Below, in pieces: positions 20,001 through 28,057 of a stretch of DNA of 64,000 bases (within the stretch, counting starts at the first letter, position 1; every line of letters begins with the position of its first letter). The DNA comes from a virus. The stretch is from IMG/VR virus record IMGVR_UViG_3300043411_000952, positions 10,194 to 74,193 of that record; one strand, written 5' to 3'. Below the pieces are notes generated by a model. That model was not told the DNA's origin. It was given only the letters and a program-made list of their open reading frames with translations, and made no database searches. The position numbers and the translations under genes are program-made.

Positions 20001-23000
20001 ACCGGAAGACCCCGGTGCGTCCACGGTGACACTTTAATACGTTGTTTTGATGGTTTTAAACGTATAAGAGATATTAAAATTGGTGACCTTGTCTGGACAC
20101 ATTTAAACAGATGGAGAAAAGTAGAGGATACATATATTAAGCCAGCGGCCCCCATGTATAAGGTAAGTTTTGAAAATGGGGAAGTACTGTTATGTACTGA
20201 GGAACATTTACTATTGACCGAAGCTGGAAAGTGGATATCTGTTAGAGATGTCTGTTTGCAAAAAGCATTTAAACAATCCGGAACTGAGGAAGAAAGTTGT
20301 TTCTCTTTACCGAGAGTCCTTGAGCACCGCCGAGCAAGTAGCGGAGATTTTGAATATAACTCCGCATACTACTTATCGAATACTTCGTCTAGAGTTAGGC
20401 GAGGAAGAATTCAAAAAGCTCAAAGCGATAAAATACTCGAGCTCAAAGCTGGGAGAGAAGAATCCTTGGAAAGGGAAGAGGGGGGAAGAGGCCGCGACCT
20501 GGAAGGGGGATTGCGACGATGGTTACGGTTATTTAACACGCCTAATAGATGGCCAACGTTACTTCGTACATCGTATAGTCATGGCAGAGGCGCTGGGTAT
20601 ACATCCCTCGCAGTTGCCGGATCATCTAGCTGTGCATCATATAGATCAGGATCGGAAAAACAACGCACTAGACAACTTAGCGCTCTGCACCACATCCGGG
20701 CACAGAGGTATCCACGAAAGATACAAACATACCGATCAGGAATTAAAATTAAAGGGGTTGTCCCTTGCGGAAGCTATCCAGTATATGACATCTCCGTAGA
20801 GGAGGATCATTCCTACGAGGCGTCCGGTTGTTTTTCGCACAATTCTTGGAAACCAAACTCGTTGAATTGGCCTAGCTATGTTAACTCCATGATTTCTAAT
20901 GGTATAGCTGGTCTTTTTGGTAAACTAAAAGAACGCGGAGAATTACCAGAAGAGTTTGAGAAGTTTATTATTAAAAATGATAAGGGGGAATACAAGAGTG
21001 AGGTACCTTCTATACGCAGTTGCGTTAAAGCTCCTGAAGGTTGGTGCTTTGTAGAGTCCGATTATCAGACTGCGGAAATTAGAGGACTAGCCTTTGTATC
21101 AGGGGATAAAAACCTAATTGATATTGTTTGTAACCCCGATTTAAATTTTGCGGTTACTAAAGATGATAAAAAAGTTCGGCTGGCTTTTCCTCCTGAAGTG
21201 TTTCCTCCTTCCACACAGGAAGAGTATAAACACCTCCTTATTTCCCCGGATGATCCATCCTTAATAAGAAAAGATGACGGTTCTTTGAAACATCCTAAAC
21301 AGGACCTACATTGGTCTTTGGCTGAGATGGTTCATATTAAACCTAGAGAAGTACTTGACGAAAAGAAAGACCGTGGTGCTGCTAAGGTAGGTAACTTCAG
21401 CTGCGTTAATAAATATACAAAAATACGTACAGAAAAAGGTGTTCTAAGCATAGAAGACGCGATAATTTATGGTTGTACTTATGTATGGGATGGTTTAGAT
21501 ATGGTGTCTTATGATTCCATACAATACCAAGGAAATAGATTCACAATTAATTACCAAGGACTGTCCGCAACCCCAGACCATGTTGTCTGGCTCTCAAGTG
21601 GAGAAAAGTGTTGTTTCGGAGAAGCTGCCTTGCGAGGTCTCAGTATTAAATCGTATAGCGGCTTTGAATTGGATACGGCTGGTAGCAGACACAAGAACAA
21701 TAGAACGCGCAAGAAAAGGCATCATATTTATGGTGCGGTGTCAAAGGTGTCAGAAAACAACGCGCAGGTGGTTACACAACGTGGAGGCGGGCAAAGGTCT
21801 AAAATGTCGATGCCTGTCTCCTTTGCGATACAACGACCCACGCGCGCGCACACTAGGCGCAAGGTATCAAGCTATGCGTCAAAGGTGTTTTCTAGACAGC
21901 CATGTCAGCAGCTACAATTACAAGGGGCGAGGCATAAAACTAATATTCAAAAGTCGCAGAGAATTTATTTTATGGGCGCTTCAAAGATGGCCGGATACAG
22001 ACTTCAAAGGTTTGGATTTCGACAGAATAAACAACGATGGCCACTACTCGAAGGGCAACCTACGTTTGGTCACAAGGCAAGAAAATTTAAGAAATACGAG
22101 AGCTTCTCGCTGGTCCTACCGCGTACGCGCCGAGAAGTTATTAAAAGACAACCCAGGTGTGAGTGTCTCTATGAAAACGTTATGGGGCATGCTGCAAATG
22201 GGGTATTCGGAAGAAGAAATACTTCTAAGGATAAAGTCTGGAGAAATAAAGAGCCGGAAGGCAATATTAGCAAATGCGAAAGTATTGCAAGCCAGGAATT
22301 TAATAAGATTAAATCCGGGCTTGGTTGTAGGAGAGAAACATATAATGAGTCTATATCGGAAAGGATTAACCGATCAGGATATAATAGAACATGTGGCGAA
22401 GCACGAAGAGTTAACTTTGCGTATTCGTCAGGCGAAGCAGCGCAGAGAAAACTCTTTGCAGCGATCGGCTCGTATAGGTATAGGCTTCGCGGCCAGTACT
22501 ACAAGAAAGATGATACGAGAAGGTCTATCCGACGAGCAATTGCTGGCGGCGTGGGAAAAATCGTATGTAAAGTCAGAATCAATCAGGCAGAAGATAGAGA
22601 GGCTTGGCTTGAAGCTCAGCGTATCTACTACGCACAGGTTGATGAAGCAGGGCATGTCGGACGCGCAGTTAGAAGAATATTCGAAGAAAAGGGTTTTAAG
22701 CTCACAAAAGAGCCAGTATACGATATAATAAACGCAGGACCAAGGCATAGATTTGTTGCCAGTGGCTTGCTTATATCTAATTCGGCATACGGCGCGTCCG
22801 CCTCAACCCTGGAACGCAAAATTGAACAGGATACAGGTAAGAAGCCAGAAGAAGGTACAGGTCAGCGGTTATTGAAGGCGCTTGAAAAACGTCAGCCAGT
22901 AGCACAAGACTTTTTAATTAAAATGGAACGTGTACCAGAGAAGCCCGGATATTACCGCGCAGCATCTGGAAGAATTCGTCATTTCGCTTCCCATGATCCA

Positions 23001-23387
23001 AAATACCTGGATGACATTGACGAGCATTTGACTATGGGCTTGTTTAAGTCTATGGGTAGAGAAGCTCGCAATTTCCCGATGCAGGAGAGTGTAGCTGCCA
23101 CCGCTGCGCGAGCAGGTAAATGGCTGCTAGATGCTTACATCAAGTTAAATATGCAGGCTAGACCATTGATTATTTTATATGATTCCGTTGTTACTCTTTG
23201 TCCACTTGAAGAACGATTTAAGGTTGCGCAATTGCACCAGCTCTTTATGACGGATGAGAACACATGGGAGTACCATGGAAGAAAAATGTCGTACCCTATC
23301 GACAGCGACTTCGTATATCGTTGGTCGGCTAAACCTGATAAAGATGATAAAAAATTGCTAGAAGATAAAACTTACAAAACCAACTGA
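16944..23387 (+). CDS. polA: Family A DNA polymerase precursor: UDG-like N-terminal domain, 3'-5' exonuclease, polymerase, three inteins (mature ~1061 aa)
   Basis: ExoI VDCE, ExoIII YA|CKD, TETGR, motif A DYQTAEIR, motif B R.AAK.GNFS|SAYG, NFPMQ, motif C YDS; N-terminal YYTALVK...EEEI..VSPKIIVCIGK. Confidence 0.93.
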   Translation: MENQTKDKVVPVPDYTLPPLQYLDKTGTVRGHNGVTFVSGEGIKPADIMFITSCVSPQEASKFLKGRDGGQGVRVQPRYLRSDAGVMFSDIFNQEGIDLYKCYYTALVKWLLPKNERIKIPKDVVAWALPSLEEEIALVSPKIIVCIGKPVFDLLANIKLSLSDAKSGWFYSEKYNAKIYLLDDTYKLVSNPEYIGKFQVEAREINRMYKEICNVSTGRIPLEYETITNSSDLKRVVSNWKQNNFDVISVDCEWSGNNHIDGKLRSTQFCWAPGKACYVRWMDDKGNYTFDISYKEAGAILSEWLDLEDVKYIGHHFAADAPWLHHVLGLNWYEKCIFDTEFAQQTANEAEDLSLERIALKYTDLGRYDLDLVLWVKQNKALMVDGGYGAIPDEILIPYACLRQESLVQLGDGSWCKIKDLVNSKYAGEVKAVLNGKVQNCKVTNWYKVNTRQKVWKRLVTKYAQRGKHGYLGPVLTPDHKVITQRGKVAVQDIIPGKDSICTSYNTFTSTQLSVFLGCLLGDGGIARRNKAHAGLVMSQCEKRADYLKWKVNVLFGDPENVESKGSLCAYRSKYTPYIAALSDTWERKEALAHSKRKLLITENLLDHLQAPGIAVWYQDDGNLTCGNEVRITIYHLQEQELAALRSWFRSNMGVYVKYRKNQNHICFSVKDSVVFLNYIKDYIHNDCGYKTNVPYNLKVNAHIPGPLYFEPIVGISDVPVKPCSGDGIRYCLAVDKAENFLTKSGFVSNCKDVDTVFRAWPIIQRSLQAQDLLDYYNNIFHPFVTDVFVSFALVGLPMDVAMMDELRVLYTFARDKMEVILREEIHVEAKNFVLMAFATRLPPELATEKYLEFISLIANSEHMEAWAVLKGSAKKPDDVPKLKHIFDHFIDSAHFNIRSSTQLKRWLFNVKCYEPVKSTGNKEKGLPATSWEKIKSMPPEAQKNYNPAVDKQTLQILSEQNNDALLRRLLQLNAVGNICKAFLKEADIDADGNVVKENGLHFYLCSDNRVHGQMSTTETGRPRCVHGDTLIRCFDGFKRIRDIKIGDLVWTHLNRWRKVEDTYIKPAAPMYKVSFENGEVLLCTEEHLLLTEAGKWISVRDVCLQKAFKQSGTEEESCFSLPRVLEHRRASSGDFEYNSAYYLSNTSSRVRRGRIQKAQSDKILELKAGREESLEREEGGRGRDLEGGLRRWLRLFNTPNRWPTLLRTSYSHGRGAGYTSLAVAGSSSCASYRSGSEKQRTRQLSALHHIRAQRYPRKIQTYRSGIKIKGVVPCGSYPVYDISVEEDHSYEASGCFSHNSWKPNSLNWPSYVNSMISNGIAGLFGKLKERGELPEEFEKFIIKNDKGEYKSEVPSIRSCVKAPEGWCFVESDYQTAEIRGLAFVSGDKNLIDIVCNPDLNFAVTKDDKKVRLAFPPEVFPPSTQEEYKHLLISPDDPSLIRKDDGSLKHPKQDLHWSLAEMVHIKPREVLDEKKDRGAAKVGNFSCVNKYTKIRTEKGVLSIEDAIIYGCTYVWDGLDMVSYDSIQYQGNRFTINYQGLSATPDHVVWLSSGEKCCFGEAALRGLSIKSYSGFELDTAGSRHKNNRTRKKRHHIYGAVSKVSENNAQVVTQRGGGQRSKMSMPVSFAIQRPTRAHTRRKVSSYASKVFSRQPCQQLQLQGARHKTNIQKSQRIYFMGASKMAGYRLQRFGFRQNKQRWPLLEGQPTFGHKARKFKKYESFSLVLPRTRREVIKRQPRCECLYENVMGHAANGVFGRRNTSKDKVWRNKEPEGNISKCESIASQEFNKIKSGLGCRRETYNESISERINRSGYNRTCGEARRVNFAYSSGEAAQRKLFAAIGSYRYRLRGQYYKKDDTRRSIRRAIAGGVGKIVCKVRINQAEDREAWLEAQRIYYAQVDEAGHVGRAVRRIFEEKGFKLTKEPVYDIINAGPRHRFVASGLLISNSAYGASASTLERKIEQDTGKKPEEGTGQRLLKALEKRQPVAQDFLIKMERVPEKPGYYRAASGRIRHFASHDPKYLDDIDEHLTMGLFKSMGREARNFPMQESVAATAARAGKWLLDAYIKLNMQARPLIILYDSVVTLCPLEERFKVAQLHQLFMTDENTWEYHGRKMSYPIDSDFVYRWSAKPDKDDKKLLEDKTYKTN
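18144..19193 (+). mobile_element. Intein 1 of DNA polymerase (350 aa) with in-frame LAGLIDADG endonuclease
   Basis: Starts CLRQESLV, block B LTPDHKV, LGCLLGDG and WYQDDG, ends FVSN followed by Cys; sits in ExoIII. Confidence 0.92.
20016..20843 (+). mobile_element. Intein 2 of DNA polymerase (276 aa), endonuclease out of frame
   Basis: Starts CVHGDTLI, block B CTEEH, block F VYDISVEEDHSY, ends SHN followed by Ser. Confidence 0.92.
20248..20799 (+). CDS. HNH endonuclease (HTH + NUMOD-like + HNH) nested in +1 frame inside intein 2
   Basis: GEKNPWKG, VHRIVMAEALG, VHHIDQDRKNNALDNLALCT..GH..IH. Confidence 0.85.
   Translation: MSVCKKHLNNPELRKKVVSLYRESLSTAEQVAEILNITPHTTYRILRLELGEEEFKKLKAIKYSSSKLGEKNPWKGKRGEEAATWKGDCDDGYGYLTRLIDGQRYFVHRIVMAEALGIHPSQLPDHLAVHHIDQDRKNNALDNLALCTTSGHRGIHERYKHTDQELKLKGLSLAEAIQYMTSP
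21402..22781 (+). mobile_element. Intein 3 of DNA polymerase (460 aa), endonuclease out of frame
   Basis: Starts CVNKYTKI, block B ATPDHVV, block F VYDIINAGPRHRF, ends ISN followed by Ser; sits in motif B. Confidence 0.9.
21511..22728 (+). CDS. HNH-family endonuclease with C-terminal tandem helical repeats, nested in +1 frame inside intein 3 (true start probably TTG 21664 or ATG 21730)
   Basis: Cys pairs, YQAMRQRC...Y.GRGI, DFDRINNDGHYSKGNLRLVTRQENLRN, then four G(Y/L/M)(S/T)(D/E)xx(I/L) repeats. Confidence 0.82.
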   Translation: MIPYNTKEIDSQLITKDCPQPQTMLSGSQVEKSVVSEKLPCEVSVLNRIAALNWIRLVADTRTIERARKGIIFMVRCQRCQKTTRRWLHNVEAGKGLKCRCLSPLRYNDPRARTLGARYQAMRQRCFLDSHVSSYNYKGRGIKLIFKSRREFILWALQRWPDTDFKGLDFDRINNDGHYSKGNLRLVTRQENLRNTRASRWSYRVRAEKLLKDNPGVSVSMKTLWGMLQMGYSEEEILLRIKSGEIKSRKAILANAKVLQARNLIRLNPGLVVGEKHIMSLYRKGLTDQDIIEHVAKHEELTLRIRQAKQRRENSLQRSARIGIGFAASTTRKMIREGLSDEQLLAAWEKSYVKSESIRQKIERLGLKLSVSTTHRLMKQGMSDAQLEEYSKKRVLSSQKSQYTI

Positions 23388-23388
23388 C

Positions 23389-24969
23389 ATGTCATTCGTT
23401 CCTACTGATTATTCTGAAATTCAAAGACAACTGAAAGCTGAAAAAGAAAACAGCTACTGGGGTGGTTATTACAAGCCAGGTATTTATGGCGGCACACCCA
23501 CACAAAAGAAAATGTTCTCCGGTAGAATTTTACCGGCGTTTAATTATGCCTTATCCCAGGCTGACGCGGATTTCCAGTCTTCCTGGATGCCGTATCGTAA
23601 TGCAGATAATATCGACGCGGAAACTAATCAGCCGGTACTCAGCGCTTTCTTCGCTGTTGTGGCTGCTTACTCCTGGTTCGGTAATAAACAAGTATCGTTC
23701 CTGAGCCCTTCAACATTGCGATTCACTCACAGTATTTCGCGCGGCCCTGAGCTCATCGATCCTGTGCAGGATATTCGTAACTTCGCCAAGAAGCATGACG
23801 ATCCAGCTATACGCGCTTTAACTGAACGCCCTGAAAATAAGAAAGACGCTAAAATTGTCATTCCTTATCCTCAGCGTCGTTATGTGTTTAACTTCTTTGG
23901 TACTGCAGGTACAGACCGTAATGTTAGAAATTATTTAGTCGATGTATCTCAGAAGGCCTTCGAAGACCTAGCCGGTAAGCTGTCCGAGTGGCGTCCCGCG
24001 CATGAGCAGACTATTGATCCTAACTGGCCTCATTATTTATATGGTGATATTACTGATCCGCAAAGCGGTGTTATGGTTGAGACTACCCCCATTCCCTCGA
24101 CCCCACAGCCTTTCAACGGCTTTGTGTTTACATCTGGATCTCATAAGTCGCTAAAAGGTGTGCGTCAGTATCCCGTCCCTCCAGAAGCTATGACTGGACG
24201 TTATCACCTTTATGGTGACAGCTCCGCCTTTAAAGTTATGGGCGCGCAGGAAATTATTGAGTTCCTCGTAGAGGACGGCGCAATTCCTTATCATTTGATC
24301 GAGGAGGTGTGTAGTAACTACGCACATATTCCGCCAAGCCCAAGTAGAGCCAAGGTATTTCCTGGTTCCAATTCGGAAGAAGACTTAGATTCATTCCGCC
24401 CTCCAGTGGCCAATCCGTTTGCGCAGAAACCCGCAGCCGTGCAGCAGGCCGCTCCTTATAGGCCCCCTGCACCTCCAGTGCCTGTCCAACAAGAGACCCC
24501 TCCATGGGAAACTCCAGCAACCCTTTCGCCTCCGCCGCCAGCCATGGTAGCGCCTGAAGAAAGGTTCTGGGTGTCCATGAATGGTAATACTGAAGATGAG
24601 CCTATCACTCGGGCAGAGGTGCAAAGCCTCATCAGTACGCATACGACTAGTACGTTTATGATCTGCGGTACAGGCACAAAAAGTGTTTGGCAGACTCCTG
24701 CCGAGGCTGGATTCGTGGTACAGGCTAACAAGCCTAAACCTCCAGCCCTACCGCAGCCAGCCCCCGCTCCTTCATCACTACCTAGCATAACCGCCACACC
24801 GCCCCCAGCGGTAGTCGTGCCAGTTGCTCCGCCTTCTACCTCCATTCTCACGGATGAGGAGAAAGTGGCGTATGATGAATTAAAAGCTAAGTTTGACGCG
24901 GGCACACTCCCAACTTCAGAGTTGATGAAGTTTGTGCAGTTCGTCAACCGTATCGAGAAGAAGGCTTAA
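23389..24969 (+). CDS. Hypothetical replication protein with Pro-rich linkers (possibly ssDNA-binding) and a GYF_2-like domain
   Basis: Position between pol and recA; N-terminal globular part; FWVSMNG...EP...W.TPAE between Pro-rich tracts. Confidence 0.5.
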   Translation: MSFVPTDYSEIQRQLKAEKENSYWGGYYKPGIYGGTPTQKKMFSGRILPAFNYALSQADADFQSSWMPYRNADNIDAETNQPVLSAFFAVVAAYSWFGNKQVSFLSPSTLRFTHSISRGPELIDPVQDIRNFAKKHDDPAIRALTERPENKKDAKIVIPYPQRRYVFNFFGTAGTDRNVRNYLVDVSQKAFEDLAGKLSEWRPAHEQTIDPNWPHYLYGDITDPQSGVMVETTPIPSTPQPFNGFVFTSGSHKSLKGVRQYPVPPEAMTGRYHLYGDSSAFKVMGAQEIIEFLVEDGAIPYHLIEEVCSNYAHIPPSPSRAKVFPGSNSEEDLDSFRPPVANPFAQKPAAVQQAAPYRPPAPPVPVQQETPPWETPATLSPPPPAMVAPEERFWVSMNGNTEDEPITRAEVQSLISTHTTSTFMICGTGTKSVWQTPAEAGFVVQANKPKPPALPQPAPAPSSLPSITATPPPAVVVPVAPPSTSILTDEEKVAYDELKAKFDAGTLPTSELMKFVQFVNRIEKKA

Positions 24970-24980
24970 TTAAATAATAC

Positions 24981-25017
24981 GCGTGCTGCATGGAAACGTG
25001 CAGCACGCTTTAATTTT
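24981..25017 (+). terminator. Intrinsic terminator
   Basis: GCGTGCTGCA / TGCAGCACGC stem with T-rich tail. Confidence 0.75.
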
Positions 25018-25031
25018 AACTTTAATTATTT

Positions 25032-26651
25032 ATGTCCACAGAACTTCCAATTAAGCGCAGAGGTCGCCCACCGGGCTCCGCCAAAAAAAATACAGCGGTA
25101 CATACTGCTGTCGAATCTTTAGTAGACAACGATGTTATAGAATCCCCTCCAGCCCAATTGCCTGGGGTTAACATAGATTACGGTTTTCATTTTCTAGATA
25201 GCGAAGAAGACTACGGCGACAAATTTAAAGTCGCATTAGACGGCGCAGTTTCTTCTAGAAAGAATCAGAGTGTAAGCTTTAAGAAAATGTCTGAGATACA
25301 GGAAGGCTTCGCTTTCCCTTTTCGGCATTTCTTATTGCAGTATGCCGTAGGGCAGTATGGCGTACCCTCTCAGAAAATTATAGATATTATTGGTGCAGAA
25401 GGCATTGGTAAATCTACCCTGGTAATGGATATGCTAGGGAGTGCCATGGATGTTGGTTGTCCTGCGTTATACATAGAGTGCGAGTCTAAACAGATTCCAG
25501 CGCCTAGAGTAATGCGTGCGCTACATCCAAGTATTACTCGAGCGTATAAAATGCTTAATCGTCTACGTGTTGAGCCAGTTAATTCTCTGGATCATATGTG
25601 GCAGGCGATGAAAGATTTTGTGTATATCGCCAGAGGCACTAAGGGCACAAAGGACACGCCCCGTGTTCCTATGCATGTACCTATTGTTATTGCTGTAGAC
25701 CCCTGGTCTAAGTTACTAAATCCCGACGAGGCCGCAGGGTTTTACAACTATGGCGACAACATGTCTGATGCTAAGAAGAAAAAATTCAAAGAGATTAGTG
25801 AGGGTTCTAATCTAGGCCACGCTAAATGGGCACACAAGTGGTGCCGACTTCTTCCTGCATTCCTGAAACAGTTCAATGTTGTACTTATTATTGTACACCA
25901 TCAAAACGATAAAATTGACATGGGCGGTGGCGGCGCGTCGTTTATGACGCCGGAAGCTAGTGCGCTGTACAATAAGACTCGCATCGGAGGCAAGGCGCTA
26001 CACCAAAATACTGCGCTGACATTAATCCTGTCGCGTAGAGGGTTGGCGAAGAATGGTTCAGGGGACATTACCGGGAACCTGATTAGTTGTCGTGTAGCAA
26101 AGAACTCTCTTGGTCACGATAATATCAAATTCTTCTATGAGCTACGCACCGGTTTCTATAATGATACTTTGACGTATATGGATTCAGCAATCAATTTCAA
26201 TATTGGATTCGCTACTATGTGCGCGGAACAGAAATGGATGAGCACGTCCGTTAAAGGTTCCAAATTCTCTAGCCCGGTGCTAGGAGTTACTGAAGTATCT
26301 GCTGATGAGTTTTACGAAGCATTTAATGCTAACCAGGAAGTTAAGTCTAATCTTGGTAAGCTACTAGGTATCAACGGTTATGTTGATGTTGTTGATAATA
26401 TTAAAACTAACATAGAAAAGAATTATCATGCTGAGCATGACGATTCTATTGAATCTGAAGTTGAGTTAGGTACTCAGCTGGACAGGGAAGCGCTTGAAGC
26501 TTTGCGGCAGAAGATGGAGCAGAACTTTCCAGTTTGCGCTGACGTTGCTGATCATCCTGAGCAAGATGCGCATCTGCTGTCTGTTATTGAAGATATAGAT
26601 ATGAATCAAGAAGAAAATTCTAATGAGGACATCCCATCCCAAAACGAATGA
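25032..26651 (+). CDS. RecA/UvsX-like recombinase
   Basis: GAEGIGKST, YIECE, IAVD, GGKAL, V.KN motifs; N-terminal AT-hook RRGRP; acidic tail. Confidence 0.85.
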   Translation: MSTELPIKRRGRPPGSAKKNTAVHTAVESLVDNDVIESPPAQLPGVNIDYGFHFLDSEEDYGDKFKVALDGAVSSRKNQSVSFKKMSEIQEGFAFPFRHFLLQYAVGQYGVPSQKIIDIIGAEGIGKSTLVMDMLGSAMDVGCPALYIECESKQIPAPRVMRALHPSITRAYKMLNRLRVEPVNSLDHMWQAMKDFVYIARGTKGTKDTPRVPMHVPIVIAVDPWSKLLNPDEAAGFYNYGDNMSDAKKKKFKEISEGSNLGHAKWAHKWCRLLPAFLKQFNVVLIIVHHQNDKIDMGGGGASFMTPEASALYNKTRIGGKALHQNTALTLILSRRGLAKNGSGDITGNLISCRVAKNSLGHDNIKFFYELRTGFYNDTLTYMDSAINFNIGFATMCAEQKWMSTSVKGSKFSSPVLGVTEVSADEFYEAFNANQEVKSNLGKLLGINGYVDVVDNIKTNIEKNYHAEHDDSIESEVELGTQLDREALEALRQKMEQNFPVCADVADHPEQDAHLLSVIEDIDMNQEENSNEDIPSQNE

Positions 26652-27054
26652 TCATAGGTTGATTTCTCACATAGCTAAACATTTTAAACTAGATCCGACA
26701 GACTATGAAATTCTGTCGGATCTGTTTTCTGCGGTAGATGCGATGTGCGCTAATTTGCCCTTGAGATTTCGTGATTTATTGTGCGTCTACGAGACGTTCC
26801 CTGCATTCGGTGAATTTATGTTCCCTAAGAATAGAAGTCATTTGTGGCAGCTTGTTGAGTCTACCGATTCTCCTTTGTTGCTGACTGACTCTCTTGTTTC
26901 TGGTAAAGAGGGCCTGTTTATTTGTCAGGCTATTGATACCGCAACAATGCCTGCGGCGGCGGAAAGAATTCTCGAAAAATTGTCTAAACCTACGATGTGT
27001 ATTAATCATCGTAACGACGTGTCAGCCTTGCTTTATCCTTTAATTTCTATATAG
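26623..27054 (+). CDS. Hypothetical protein
   Basis: 143 aa ORF in a tightly packed operon. Confidence 0.6.
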   Translation: MRTSHPKTNDHRLISHIAKHFKLDPTDYEILSDLFSAVDAMCANLPLRFRDLLCVYETFPAFGEFMFPKNRSHLWQLVESTDSPLLLTDSLVSGKEGLFICQAIDTATMPAAAERILEKLSKPTMCINHRNDVSALLYPLISI

Positions 27055-27512
27055 TGAGTAATATGTCTTCGAATACGGAGTGTATCAATGGGTGGATCGA
27101 ATTATTACATTTTAAAACCGATCCTAAGAAAATACATATGGCTAAGCCTTTACTGAAAGGTACTGACTCTTTGGAAAATTTCAAAGAAGATCACTATCAG
27201 ATGGTGGGCAGTCATATTCCCCTTTGTGAATACTACTCCGCAATTGAAGTGTACAAACAATTTGTTGTACCGATAGATAAAGAATTTAACATCCCAAGAC
27301 CTTTAGGAGATTTTGATGCAATGAATTTGTGCATGCATGATCCTAAATTTGGGCGTAAATTTTTAACATTTGTATTCTATCCTAAAGGGGCGCATCACTC
27401 TGTTAAATTTAGGGAGCAGCGCGTTCAATATCATCCTGATTATCCGCATGTTCTTTTGATCAGAAAAGAGCCGTTTAGATCGTTCATGCGCACACCTGAA
27501 AATCCTTCCTAA
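27054..27512 (+). CDS. Hypothetical protein
   Basis: 152 aa ORF in a tightly packed operon. Confidence 0.6.
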   Translation: MSNMSSNTECINGWIELLHFKTDPKKIHMAKPLLKGTDSLENFKEDHYQMVGSHIPLCEYYSAIEVYKQFVVPIDKEFNIPRPLGDFDAMNLCMHDPKFGRKFLTFVFYPKGAHHSVKFREQRVQYHPDYPHVLLIRKEPFRSFMRTPENPS

Positions 27513-28057
27513 TGTTTGATCAAAACTTCTCCATCATCGCTTTCCTAAAAGAAACCGGTGATGGAGTTTCTTTTCCATTTCTTCCAGAACAAATCTGGGA
27601 TGACTCATACGATATTTATTGTATAAACTGTACCACGTCTAGCCCTACGGCGAGCACGTGTACTAGTGCTTGCGATGAAACTATTCATATACCTTCTTAC
27701 GAAGTTGCTAAGCAAGGCGGCGTCGAAAATATTATTGCATCTCTAATTCATTCCGAAGGCAGAGGTACAAGTCGTATATTTACCGTACATCCTAATAATG
27801 TTTTACTGCCCATTTACAGATGGTATTTACTTAAGCACGGAGCGTCTATATCAAATGTAGATGAGTATGTACAGCGCCTCTCCAGAGTTACTGTAGATAT
27901 ATGTGAGGCTTTTCATAAGCCGACCATATTGACACTTGACCGAAGGCAGAATTTTAATTATAGAACCATAGTTAGATGGCTAGAGCTTAACCCAGAAGGC
28001 GTGTCTAAAACAGAGCAGTGCCTTAGCACTTTAAAACATATATGTCAGAAGTTGTAA
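27512..28057 (+). CDS. Hypothetical protein
   Basis: 181 aa ORF coupled to both neighbours. Confidence 0.6.
   Translation: MFDQNFSIIAFLKETGDGVSFPFLPEQIWDDSYDIYCINCTTSSPTASTCTSACDETIHIPSYEVAKQGGVENIIASLIHSEGRGTSRIFTVHPNNVLLPIYRWYLLKHGASISNVDEYVQRLSRVTVDICEAFHKPTILTLDRRQNFNYRTIVRWLELNPEGVSKTEQCLSTLKHICQKL

Noticed and set aside
20248-22728. Compensating sequencing frameshifts as the cause of the out-of-frame HNH ORFs
   Set aside because: Errors would leave the shifted frame with stops, but both frames are open over hundreds of codons in two separate inteins; read-level confirmation is still advisable
27512-28057. DEDD exonuclease
   Set aside because: Only a vague resemblance; the acidic catalytic motifs cannot be identified
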